Positions 40,216-53,342 of a stretch of DNA of 64,000 nucleotides are shown here, piece by piece. The notes under the pieces are model-generated. The model had not been told where the DNA came from, searched no databases, and worked only from the letters and a program-made list of their open reading frames with translations. Position 1 is the stretch's first letter, and the number at the start of each line of letters is the position of its first letter. Source of the stretch: Yuukianura sp. NJ FZ-2021 (taxonomy: Eukaryota); NCBI GenBank assembly GCA_046563655.1, contig CM102283.1:6634001-6698000 (forward strand), written 5' to 3'. The translations under genes were made by a program, and so were the position numbers.

Positions 40216-43200
40216 ATGAGCTCTACTTGTGTCTTATCCCCAAACGCATTCAACGCACAGTCCATCACTGTCGACTCATCGGGCAACATCAACAAAGGGC
40301 CAATCATTGGCAAAGGAAGAACCATGCCCATGGAGCATCAATTCGCACAGCACCCAGCTCTCCGTGGCTGGTCAACTACTCCACCATCACCACTGGCTAG
40401 TCCACTGAACAACGTTAGCAGTGAAAACTTCAATCTGGCTACAGCAAACGAGGTCATGAGGGGGACCGTGACCCTGCTCAGTTCAAAACAACCTCAGAGG
40501 ATACTCCTATCAGTCATCAGAACGACAGTGGATCACTTGGCCCTTGTTTATCTGGACAACAGGTAACTTACTAATGCTTTTAGCTAATTACTTTAGGTTA
40601 GGTAACAGTCTAAGTTAGCTTAGCAATCTCAACAAACCTGCAGCATCTCTCCAACATTCTTTTTACTTACCATAAAAAGCTGTTCTGCGGTGAGTCATAA
40701 CGTGGAAGAGGTCAAGTACCTCTGAGGTGTTTAAGTGTCCCAGGAATTTTTTTATGGCAAGAATACACAATGCCAAATGCAGAGGAATGCTTTGTTGAGT
40801 GTGAAAGTGTGACACTGATGCTGTAATTCTTGTCCATTTTTGTCCATACTGCCCATCATGTGCTGCTGACAGCATAACTCCTTTCAATCATGTGAGCTTA
40901 GCATGGATTAGTTTTAAGTGCTCGTCTAAAAAGATCATTAGCAGTTCAATTTTGTGGTGAGAAAAAAGTTCAATTGGGAGGTTTGGGGTTACAGCAAACT
41001 GCTGGCAGCATTCTGCTCATAGCTTTTTAGAAAATTGTTTCCACTCAAATTATGATGAGCTGTGATTAGTAAGTTAAGAGAAAGCTTGATTTAATTACTT
41101 TGGATATGCCTGGGAGTGATGCGAATTCATGAGATCATTGCATCTTTTCACGAGTATGAAGATGAGTCAGCGGAGATTTTGTAGCCAAGCGGACTCTTGC
41201 TAAAAAAAAACAAAAGATGAGGTTTTAGGAACAAAGGAAAAGACAATTTTTTGCATAACGTTTTTTGCAACAAAAGAAAAGACGTTTTCTGCAAAACATT
41301 TCCTGGGAAGTTGGGCGAGTGGGCGGAGCTTGCAGTAATACAGCAAGTTCAGTTTGCAAAAAAACGAATTTCCTACGTCGTATCCATCGTGTGTCCCTGG
41401 TGGTTTTTCTTCCGTCCTGTTTTTAGTACTAAAAAATTTAAACACAAAAAAGTTTAAAGTTGAAAGCAAAAAGTGAGTGACCTTCCCTTGATTTTCGTCG
41501 TGGTGGTTGACTTTGACCGTCTGGGTTCGATGATTTGTTTTAAACATGCAAAAAATATTTTTATGTACATTGGTTCTCAGAAGTTATAAAGTTGGTTGCT
41601 TTTTAGTGCAGAAGAAAATGGCAAACAACTTTGAATTTTTGCACTTTGGTGAACCTCTAACTACTATCTCCATTTCTCATTTCATTTCTAAATGTTTGGC
41701 TTTTTGTCCTATTTCTTCCTTTATGTAGCCCACTGCCATGCAATAATCATACAGGAATTCATAATTCACAAATGCTAAATAACTACACAGTGTCCTGAAT
41801 TCTCACATTTTTGCATTTTTGTTGGAAATGGAACATTACAGTCCATGGACACACAGTCATTCATTAGTCATTCAGTACTAAAGTTTAGGTTGAATCAAGG
41901 TCATGTCGCGGTAAAACCGGGCAAACAACATTCCAAAAGATGCAATTTTTGCAATTTTTGTTATTCGACAGAATCCCGTTGACTTTTTTGTTATTTTGCA
42001 ATGATTCAATTCCAGTTTGTGGAATTTTCCTTTGAAAGTCACAATAGATTTGTTTACTTTGAGTTTATTACGTAAATGTTTGTTACATTGGACGTGGTCA
42101 AACGACAATTTGCGCATTTCAGTTGTGGATGACGACATTTGCCAATTCATGATCCCCTTTATTACAACTCCTGATTTTTTTTTCAAAGTTTCACATTCTG
42201 GCAAACTTTCATCGATTTTCGATTTCTTTAGAAGCCACATCGATTCCTCTCTGCCAATGACATAAAACTGTTACATGTTTTTCGCAATGACTAAAAGTTG
42301 TTTGATAGCAACTTGGCCGTTTTGGTGAAACGGAATGCCAAGAAGGAAGTTTCAACAACCACTTCCTAGCATTCAATGTAACTGCTATTCCCATACATTA
42401 GGAAATTGACTTTGCAAAAAAGTTCAAGAGCAGTCTGCAAAAATTGGAATAATCCCTGAGAAATAAAATTCCAAAGAGAGTTGGCTGAAAAGGAGGTTTA
42501 ATAACAGTTATTTCCTTCTGGCAGTTTGAGATGAGAGAATGCTGGCAGTTTGTGCTGAGAGAGAAATGTTGAACATGATTTAGAAAGTATTTCATTGTCA
42601 GGATAACTTTGATTGGCATGTTTCATTCTATCATGAAGACAGATTTTTGCACACAGCGAAGATTTTTGCACAAGTGATGAAAGATTTTCGCACAGGCCGA
42701 GTTTTCATTGTTGGGTTTGGTCCAAGGAGAGTAAAACAAAGAATTTTTTTTATGGTTTAAGCAAGTGTTGATTAAAGTGCACTTTGCACTTTGTTCCCAC
42801 TGCACTTGAGCTAACTAAAGTTAAAGTTATGGTTAGTGTTAGTAATGATTAGTGGAGCCTCTTAATTGAAGTTAGGTTTCTGTGCCAAGTTAATCAACTC
42901 GTCATAAAGCACAGCACGCTTCTTGCATGAGGATGTTCTTTCTCATACTAAAAAGTAACAATTTCCATTTGCGCAAGACTCTAACCGCAATTCGACCTTT
43001 TGAGTGAAGTCAGCTTCACACTTAAGTTAATAAACACCTTTTAAGTGTAGTTTGATAGATTGTTAATTTAGAGTTGTGTCACTTTCTATTTTTAGTTTAT
43101 GTGGTTTTATTGCGGACACTGCGGTGTTTTTTAATCTAAAAGTTAAGAGTAAGGTTAAATCAATTTTCTCCAGAAGTGGAAATTTTTTGGAAAATTTTCC

Positions 43201-45439
43201 TTAATTGTGTATGTTTTTTGATTGTTTCCAGGCGGAACTTGAAATGCGTCAAACCAGCAGGATGCATCAATTTGCGTGGAGTTACCTGTGAAGAAATCGT
43301 CCTTGGAGATGGAATTACTGGAATTACTCTACGACCCAAGGTAAATTTAAACTTTAACACTAACATCAATTTCACTTCAGTTTCAAATTATCAATTGAAA
43401 TCCCCGTCTATTGTTAAGCCTTATGAAAGGACGTGTTGGGAAATTAATGGCACATGATTCTTGCATGAGGTTGTACATGAACATGATGGACAGTTGTACA
43501 TGTATTGTCCATTTCTCATGGGATTTCCGACCTCTCTAATAGTTAGATAGACTTTTAGCTTGAAATTAATTCCATTGTACATATTTAGTTAGGACTCAAG
43601 TACTTTGGATCCTGGATGTTGCTATGATGCAATTTTCAATGTCATTTTTTCAATTGGATGGGCGATAAATCGTGGTTCCTGGTAATATATGCCCACTCGA
43701 TGCTTGAGTAATTGCAAGTGGTGAGCAGCTGAAAGTAAATTTAGTTGTAACTGCTTAGGCAGAATGAATTGGAGAGGCACTAATGCTGAGCATATGCAAA
43801 ATATTAATCATCGGAATTTTTAAAAGTTAAATTTTTAAGTTTTTTTAACATTTGAAACTAGAACATTTAGAAAATTTTAAGTCGCATAGACTAGGGGTGA
43901 CATTAAATTTACATGAGTCTGTGTTATTACAACTTTTAATTGCCGCTAAACAATGCAAATATTAACATTGAACTTACTATATAAGGATACTGACCAAGTA
44001 CAAGTATTGACCCACGTTACCAAGTTAGGATTGTTTTAAGTGCTGGTCATCAAGTAGGTGGGACTGCATAATTTTTTACGTCGCGTAAATTCCTAAGAAG
44101 ATGTTGACAAAAACGGAATTTAAATGGCAAATTTCTTTAGCCTATAGCATTTTTTTCTAAAGTCGTCTTAACGCCTTCATACGAAATGTTGACGACTAAA
44201 TGTCTTTGCGTTGCAGTTGATCTCATCGTGGTTTCAGTTTCTACGAGTCGTAAACAAGTTAATCTTCATTTCGTGTGAAGATGTAGTTCACGTGAGAAAA
44301 TACAAAAACAAATTACACCATCGCATCATTCCCCAACAATTGTATCTTGTTTTGAACTTTGGAAATTAACACTTTAATATAAACCAAAAGTGTAACAACG
44401 CAGCTTCTCCAAGTGACAAATTTCCCGGAAGAATGATGACGAATTTCAAAAAGTTATGTAACGCAACATCATGATTTTGCGAATCTTTCCATCAGTTGAA
44501 CATTTTGCAATTTGCAAACACCACAAACAGAAATTTTCTTTGCAAATTGAAAGATGAATAGCGTCGTCAGGTTGGCGTTTTTCATCAATTTTTTTAAAGC
44601 TTGGATTTTCCGCTTGTCTTTTGTGATTTACCTGAGCACAAGTATTGCACCATAATTTGGAATCTTTACAATTTTTTGTTAGTGTTTTCGTGGTTATTAA
44701 GAATTTTGCAATCCAGTTTATACTGAATAGTCCTGACCTACTTAAACTTTAGTTTCTTGTTCCTAAAAAGATTTGGGAGAGTAACTAATCTGCCGCTCTA
44801 TTTAAGAAGCCGATGATGAAAGTTGCGTAAACTGAAGAAAATTGGCAAAGTGATGGCAAAAAATTAGGTCACTTAGGTTTTTGTTACTTCTTTGTTCTTA
44901 ATACTTGAGAATTGAGCAGTATCAATGAGATTAGTAAGTTGACTTTGGTCGTTCGCGAGGAACACGAACATTACACGGGGACGTTGTTAACCTCTTAAGG
45001 TCACAAATTCAATTCAAAAACGAAAAGACTCAAATGATAACCCCGTGACCTCTCCAAGGAATCGCAAAAGTTAGAGTAGAAACTAATGTTTCGCCGAGCT
45101 TATTATGATGCGATAAGGATTATGTTTTATGATAGGATTTTGCTGAAATAATGTCCTCCAAGGCTTAACAAATGAGACAAACTAGTAACCTCTAAAAAAG
45201 CTAAAAGTTAGATTAGTTAACGGAACTATAAGTTGTTGTTGTTGATTTGTTAACTAATTTTTGAATTTTTTTTCTTTTTGCAGAAAAGTGACACAGCCTC
45301 TACCAACTTGACCTTTGTTTGCCAAGAGCAGCATCACTTGCCCAAGTGGATTGAAGCACTTTCCCAGATCAATTCAGAAAACAAGCGCAACATTCCTAAG
45401 AAATCTGCACTCCCGTGTCTCGAAGAAGAAGAAGAATAG
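40216..45439 (+). CDS. Small PH-like domain protein (203 aa; exons 40216-40562, 43232-43340, 45284-45439)
   Basis: Phase-2 and phase-0 introns join three exons in frame. PH-like features: MRGTVTLL, LALVY, KPAGCINLRG..C, GITLRP, LTFVC..HHLPKWIEAL. Ends LPCLEEEEE*. Confidence 0.8.
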
Positions 45440-47647
45440 AAAGTTGACTAGAAAATTAGAAAAGCTGCTGAGAATCTGCTGGAATCCGGAATTAGTTTCT
45501 GGAATGGACTCATAAATGCTACGGATGCAGCTTGAATATAGGTCAACTTCTTCTTCAATCGACTTCAGAGACTCATCAATTGCTTCCTCCACGTGTAACC
45601 TCCTGGAGTACAGGACATGACTCCATCTTGGACATTTTCCAACTAACTACTACTGTTTTTGTTCAACTTGATTCAACTAGCAGCTCCAGTTTCAAAGTTC
45701 ATACTTGTTTTTGTCGCCAACACGCCGTGGTCGGGGTGACCTCTTTTCGTCTTGTCTTCTAATCGCTAAAACTTATTGATACTACTGGGAATGTAAACAA
45801 GAACTTAAGTGTGGGAAGGAAATGGAGTGTAATGTCAAAGGTTACCGCAAGAACCAATCTCTTATGCGACTGGAAATAACTTATCCTTGGTCGATTCTTA
45901 TCATAATTCTATTTATTACTCCAAAAACTACAACTTATACTGTACTGTTTTTTTTTTGTATGAAAACAGCAATTTTTTGGACTTTTGGACCCCCACGGTC
46001 AATTTTTTTTAGACTTTTCATTTTTCTTTTAGCTTAACTTTTTGTTTAGGTTAGCTAGTTTATGCTTTTGACTTATTTTTAGTTCCTTTTTGTCCTGTTT
46101 TGTAAATTTTTACATCCATTTCTCTTTTTTAGGAACACTTTGTAATTTAGCTTAATTTTAAGGTTCTTAATGTCACTTGCATCAGAGCTAACCAGCACTA
46201 ATACTGCTGCAGTATGCAAGGATGAACATGAACAATGGGGAATTATTACGATTCTGAGGGCGGATTGAGAACACTGAGCAGGAAATTTTGTAAAGTTTCG
46301 ACACAAATTGAATTCGTAACGAATAACGCAAAAAAATTTTTGTTGCTGAAAGATGCTATTTTGAGCAAAACGCGTTTCGTTTTTGCTGAAAACCTAACGA
46401 AACTGGTGCTGGGTGTGTCTATACTTGGAATTTTCTAAACAGTGAATTCAACTTGAATCAGTCCGTCCCGTTTTTTAATTTAAGTGTCGACAAACCTAAC
46501 ATAGGTTTTGAGTCAGCGTTTAATTAAGTTAGTTTTTAATTAAATTGAGCCAACGTATGTTAACTATTGTAAGACGAGTATTTTTACTGTACTGGAACAG
46601 CACATTTCCGTGTGTTCCCATCAGAAAAGCTACAGTGTGTTACTAATGCTAAGGACTTTACAAAGTGCTAATTCCGTAACTGGAACACTTTCAGTCAATT
46701 CTAACTCGTAAGTGCTCAAATGACCTATTTTGTACAGAAGGCACAGACTGTTGATGCCGAAAACAAACTTGGATGGTTTTGTTACTAGTTTATGGTAGTC
46801 ACTGTTTTTTTATTTGCACTCTGTCTTATTAAGTTTTACTTTAACTTAATTAATTAAGTCGGTCAGTCATTTTTAGAAACATTATGTGGTGGGAACTGGA
46901 ACCTGTGGGAAAACGTTTTGTGGCTAAAAATAAAACAAAATAATTCTTGTCTTCAAAATGTATCTGGAGATCTGTTTATTTACATGAGTGAAAGTATAGA
47001 AACCGGCCAATCACAGCGTGTTGCAATTTGAGAGGATGATCTGTACTCGACTCTCTTTTTTTTAGTAGAGTTGTATTTGTTTTTTTAGAATAGCAATTTG
47101 GTTTTTACTATGTTTAAGTATAGTTCATGGGAAGTTAGAATGAAAGAGGTCATTGACCTACTTACTTTTTTTAATCCTAACCTGGAAATGGGGATTTAGA
47201 AAACAAAACTAGACGTTTCTGGATGAAGCAAATCCTAGTTTTTAGTAAGTTGGAGAAATACATTGTGGATATTATTGCAACGCATCTGTTTCTAGACGAA
47301 ACAGTTTACTTAATGCTAAATTAGACGCAGATTTTTATATTTACAGCAAAAAAGTCAAAACTGTGTTTTACGGGTCAAGATTTTTTTTTGTACAAGTTCA
47401 TTTGAGGAATGATTTGGACCAAAAATATCTTCCAGTTGAGCTGTTTATTGTTTGTCCAGACCTGAAAATCTAAAAGCTAAACTTTCCTCTACGTTATGTT
47501 TACAGTTTTTACCGACAATGACGTACCTAACACCTTAAAACTTTCATAGACTTGCTCACGTAACGCCTAACCTAACAAAATATGCTTGTGCCTAAACAAC
47601 ATCAGGAAACGGTGTCACGTAACGCTGACGTCGGAACTAAAAGCCAA

Positions 47648-49121
47648 TCAATGATCCCCGCTTTGCTGTTTGCGGTAATTCATGTCTTCTATGATCTTAG
47701 ATCTTAGACGATCAACCGGCGGCTCCAGGAATCGGCCATCGTCGGCTGGATTTGTCAGTTTGCTGTCTAACTTGATAACGTCCTTGCCTATTTTGGTCTC
47801 GACGTATCGTTTACAGAAGTCCAGGTTGTAATGCGTAGGTTTCTTGGGCCATATCTTTTCAAAACTGTCTGTTCCAGAGGGAATGAAAAGACATTCTCCG
47901 TTTTCATGACAAAGATCTTTCCTAACAGAAGAAACAAAAATGAATAAGTTAAGTTAAGTTTAATTAAAAGTTAAGCGGAGATCTTACGGAGGCTTGCTGT
48001 GAAACGCAAAGTGTGAAAAAAGTTCACGGATTCGTCGTTTGACCTTGAAGTCTTCCCGGGTGAAGAAGACTAACCAAGCACCAATGATATGAGCCGTTAG
48101 CCGCAGAACTCGGCACACTACTTTCACGGTTTCCGGTTCTAAATTCTGGAACAAATTAATCGATTAACTTAACTTCGTTTATGGTACGTAAAAAAAGAAG
48201 TGATTGGACAGTTACCTTAAAAAGATCAAACTTTGTTCCAATAAAGACAACGGGGAGGTGAAACGGTTTTATAAATTCACGATCTTTCTGCATAAAAAGT
48301 AAAAAAAAAATACATTCACTGAACATTTTAAATTCAATGATTTTATTTCAAAGTTGAAAATTTCCACAGACGGTACTCACTTCTGGAATTTTTTCTAGAC
48401 GTTTTCTCATTTCTTCTTCCATTTCCTGCGTTACAGCGACAGCAGTAGCTTTGTCCATCTGATGAATAGCTTCATTGAACCCACTGGAAACAATTTTCAA
48501 AAATTGAAAGTTTTCTACTTTTAGGTTGAAAATTGTAAAATTTTGAAATTGAGATTACCTTTGCAGTCCACTCATGACTTTTTCTAGAACAGGCCAAATG
48601 GAAATGGGACGAGACAGGTCAAGGACAATGACGGCAGTGAACTGATTCAGTCCTGGACATCCAATCACAGGAATGTCGATGAGGTTGGGCCACTTTCTGG
48701 GATCACCGCCCAGCTCCCAGAAGTTAACAAGTTCCTTATTCTATCAAAAAAAAAATCGAAAACTAACGATGCTTGATCAACTATTTTCCAATTTCATTAA
48801 AAAAAAAGTCACCAGCATTGTGTTGATTCTCCTTGCATAACTGAAATCCAGTGCTACTGTTTTCTTTATGGCCGATTCCTTCCGTTCCAGAAATATACTC
48901 AGCAAAGTCGTTTTTCCCTGCAACACACAATCAGTATTTCATTAGCTAAAAACTATGAGAATCAATTTACTAAAAATAGAAGCACTTAGTATTAAAGTTG
49001 ATTAAGGTTATACCCCGCCTTCACTACCAGAAATGTACACCGTTGTCACTCCGTCAACGACTTGCGGCTTCGTCTTACACTGTTCCGTCGCCAGTTCCCA
49101 AATGTCCGCTGGTCTTCCCAT
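47648..49121 (-). CDS. DYNC2LI1: Cytoplasmic dynein-2 light intermediate chain 1 (possible upstream start at 49353)
   Basis: Manually spliced exons give DIWELA, GSEGGGKTTLL, TVALDFSYARR, NFWELGG, IVLDLSRP..W, PFHLPVVFIGTKFD, CRVLRLTAH, LFIPSGTDSF, NPADDGRFLEPPVD. Confidence 0.9.
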
Positions 49122-49480
49122 TGGTGGATCATGTAACCTTTACAGTATAAAATGTTTATCGACGATATTGGTGAAACTGAATCGATATGATGACGTTTTT
49201 AGTATAATTTCATACCTACTTTATCCTACTGCTGACCCCCACTAGTCTTTCCAGTGACACCATCATGTCCTGTGTACTGGGATTCTTGTGCAAGTCAGCC
49301 TTGTCCTGCTCATCCAAAACACGCCTCCTCATGTCCTCCGTTAGGTCAGACATCTTGAAATCACTTTGCAATGAAACACATCTACTACACAGTTTTAAGA
49401 CAGATTTGTTTTTGTAAATGAAAGAAAAAGTCCAAGGAAAGTCTTGTTTAGTTAGAAAGTTTTAGATTTGTTGTGTTTTG

Positions 49481-49495
49481 GTTGCTAATAGTTAC
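49481..49495. promoter_or_regulatory. Candidate RFX X-box upstream of DYNC2LI1
   Basis: GTTGCT-AAT-AGTTAC imperfect palindrome about 130 bp upstream of the first ATG of a ciliary IFT-dynein gene. Confidence 0.55.
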
Positions 49496-49692
49496 GAAAC
49501 TCAAAATGAAATTAACTTATTGGCCGGACGCAAGTCAAGTGCTGTTGTAAAGTCCAGTTTACAAAAAATCAATGGTTTCTTTTGAATTTATTCATCTATA
49601 TCGATTCAGAAATTAAATGGAAAATGTTGGAACGGGAGAACGCGGAGGATGTATCTGTAAGTGTGAGAGTTGACAGTAGAGAGTGACGATAA

Positions 49693-50172
<480 letters not shown>

Positions 50173-50621
50173 TTAAATTTTTACACTAGGATTTTACGTT
50201 TGGCCAAGTTTTAAAACAAATACTTTTCCGCTCAATCGAAAAATAGAATGACTTACTCTGATTGATGATTTTTCCGAGAGTTAATTACTGAATAGGTTTT
50301 AGTAGCCGACTAAATTGTAAATGACAAACAGATCACCGCGGCGTTGAAATTTGCACTACCAAGACAGACTTGCAAAGAAGAAGTACGCAATCCACGAATA
50401 CATATGACATATGAAATCTCCGTGTATAAAACTCCACGTCACTTTCGACTATTTCCAACTGTACATTTTAAGATTCAACTCAACCAACCCCTGTCTGTCC
50501 CACCGCCCACGGGGGTGGTGCTGTTACCCAGCAACCATGTCTCCCACATGCCTTTTTGGTCAAATTAAGCAAGAATCAACTTACTGTACCTTATATACTA
50601 TACATCCTAGAATCTTCTACA

Positions 50622-50663
50622 CCCTAGGTAGATTATCTACGTCGTTAGATAATCTACCTAGGG
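50622..50663. repeat. Perfect 18-bp inverted repeat with 6-nt loop
   Basis: ccctaggtagattatcta-cgtcgt-tagataatctacctaggg. Confidence 0.9.
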
Positions 50664-51086
50664 CGGAAAAACCGTTGTTACATTGTTGGCCATAATTTGT
50701 GAGTCACAAATTGTGACTGTGCTATGTATCGTGGTATAACGCGATGCTGATGCATTGACCTTTAATTATGTAATAATGGTCATCTCCAAGTTGGAGATGA
50801 ACTTCATTATTTATTGTAAAGTATCGCCGGTTGGACGTTCACAACGAAATGGGAACGGCCTTACTGCAATCCCGCCTCTCGTGTTTTTATGAAACTGAAC
50901 CATGTGCTTTTTGCACTGCTTCCGAATTTTGTCATTTGTTGGTTACGTCGTAAAATTAGAATTTGCTAAATTTCAGTAAATTAAATTTGAGTCTGTTTTG
51001 TTTTAATTAGGTATCATAAACATTACAAGTATCCAACTGAATCCAGAATAATTCCATTTTGTCCCGTATTAAACGTACAGAACAAC

Positions 51087-52913
51087 ATGGGAAAAGTTAC
51101 CCCCAAAAAATTACCAAAGATGATTGCTTTGGATTCCAAAAAACAATCGACTTTAACAAAAGCAGTACGGAAAATTGGGAAGTCAATGAAGGTAATGAAT
51201 GTTGGCACAGTCTTTGCAGTTGAATTTTATAAATTTTTTCGTAATAATTTTGAAATTAACCGATTTTTAGGCTGAGAAGCTAGAGCAGGAAGAGAAGAAC
51301 AATCGCGGAATTATTCTTGTCAGTCACCTTCCGTACGGCTTCTTCGAGGAAGGGGTCAAGGGCTTCTTCTCCCAGTTTGGTCACATCAGAAGAATTCGAG
51401 TTGCACGATCCAAAAAGGTATGTCAAAGGTCAAACGGACATATCCACATATTCAAATGGCTTATGGCAATAATTTATTTACAATTTACAGACCGGCAGAG
51501 CCAAAGGTTATGCGTTCATTGAGTTCGAATACCCCGAAGTTGCGAAGATTGCCGCCGAAAGCATGAACAATTATCTGATGTACGAACGTATTATCAAATG
51601 TAAGATTCTACAAATTCACGAAGTACTTTTCTTTTAATCAGCGGACTCTTTAACATCAATAGTTGAATTTTTCAGGCCGAGTTCTCGATGAAGACAACCT
51701 TGACGCCAAGAAGATGTTTGCTGCCAGATACGTCAAGAAGAACAGTTATCCAACGCTCCATCGTCGCAGAAAAATAATCAAGGAATTAGCAGCACCAATG
51801 GAGGAAGAAGCTCTTCAAAAAGAAGTTGACGCTAGAGCTAAATGTATTGCCCGGAACAACAAGAAGCTGGAGGCGTTTGGGATCAACTACAAGTATGAAG
51901 ATGTACCTGAAAGTGTACTAAATCAGACTCGCGTGGACGAGGAATCAGAAGCGACAACACCGTCTGCAAGGAAAGTCACAGCTAACCTTTCTCTAGAACT
52001 AAATGTTAAAGTGAATAACAGTACTGGCAACTTTGACTTAATCAGTGGTCATGCTCATGTAATACCCAATACCCCCAAAAAACGCCAGAGTCTAGAAATC
52101 AGCGAAAAACCGGTTAGAGATCCTACATCGAAGAAATCCCCGAAGGTACGTCGCAGTATGGAAGTTGCAACCATACAGGAAGATGAGGCTAAAGATCCTT
52201 TGCCGAAGAAATCTCCAAAGGCACGTCGCAGTATGGAAATTGGAAATGTTGAGGAAGACCAGATTAAAAATCCTACACCGAGGAAATCCCCAAAGATTCG
52301 TCGCAGTATGGAAGTCGGAACCATCCAGGAAGATGAGGTTAGAGATCCTACTCCGAAAAAATCTCCAAAAATGCGTCGCACCATGGAAGTTGCAAACATT
52401 GAGGATGAGGAAGTCCAGGTTAAAAATCCCACACCGAGGAAATCTCCGAAGGTTCGTCGCAGTATGGAAGTCGGAACTATCCAGGAAAATGAGGTTAGAG
52501 ATCCTACGCCGAAGAAATCTCCAAAGATGCGTCGTAGTAGCGAAGGGAAGCACAATGATGAAACTGTTGCAGAAATTAAACCCGACTCTGCCAAGAAGAA
52601 GCCAAAGTTTTCGCCAAAATTACTCCGCAGTCGCGCCAGGAGTAGCATTGCACCAACACAAGCTCAGTCTGAAGTAAACGAAGCTAAGCAGCCTATTGCA
52701 GACTTGAAGTCCAAGTTTTCTCCGAAAGTACTTCGAAGTCAAGCCAGGAAGAGCACTGCGGCGGGGCAAATTGAGACTCCAGTAGTTGACAAGAAACCCA
52801 AGTTTTCTCCAAAACTGCTTCGGAGTCGTGCCAGGCAGAGTGAAGCTCCAGCTCCTTCCGGAACTGCAAAAACTCCTACGCAGAAAACAGCAAGGCGGAA
52901 GTCTATGAAATAA
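51087..52913 (+). CDS. NIFK: NIFK/Nop15-like nucleolar RRM protein with repetitive basic C-terminus (4 exons)
   Basis: [84 protein letters not shown]. Confidence 0.9.
52119..52540 (+). repeat. Coding tandem repeat, 75-nt/25-aa unit, 5 full copies plus 1 partial
   Basis: (D/N)PTP(K/R)KSPK.RRSME(V/I)..I/V.E.E.. repeated; first two units start at 52119 and 52194. Confidence 0.95.
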
Positions 52914-53269
52914 CAACAATTCGAGTTTTTGTCGTTCATTGTTGACTTAAATCTGGTTTCTTTTTTATTGTCCAATAAAAATTATATGCCTTTTCTTCTT
53001 ACTTAATTTATTTAAACTTTTGGATACTTAGACTCATTGGATTTTTTTAAATTGAATTAATGTTTCGTTTTTGCATAGTCGTGGTTAATTTTACGTTAAG
53101 TAGCATCGCGTGACCTCGCCTATTTACACACGTTCGTGTTAGTTTTTTTTTAAAGAAAAAACAGTAAAGTTTGTGACAAGTTCAGTTTCTGCCCATTTCT
53201 TTCTTGAATGTTTTGTATTTTGTTCCATTTGTTTTCAATAGTCGTATTTCAACTGTAGTGGTCAGATAC

Positions 53270-53342
53270 GCCCGGCTAGCTCAATCGGTAGAGCGCAAGA
53301 CTCTTAATCTTGAGGTTGCCGGTTCGATCCCGGCGTTGGGCG
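53270..53342 (+). tRNA. tRNA-Lys (anticodon CTT)
   Basis: Full cloverleaf GCCCGGC..GTTGGGCG, D-arm GCTC/GAGC, anticodon arm CAAGA-CTCTTAA-TCTTG, T-arm GCCGG-TTCGATC-CCGGC; oligo-T Pol III terminator right after. Confidence 0.95.

Noticed and set aside
36500-47600. Many 60-127-aa ORFs and scattered AP-1/AARE-like motifs (TGAGTCA, TGATGCAAT)
   Set aside because: Apart from the three PH-gene exons the ORFs have non-coding AT-rich composition; motif enrichment cannot be distinguished from chance by eye.
52055-52677. Several long overlapping ORFs in alternative frames
   Set aside because: By-products of the stop-poor NIFK tandem repeat.
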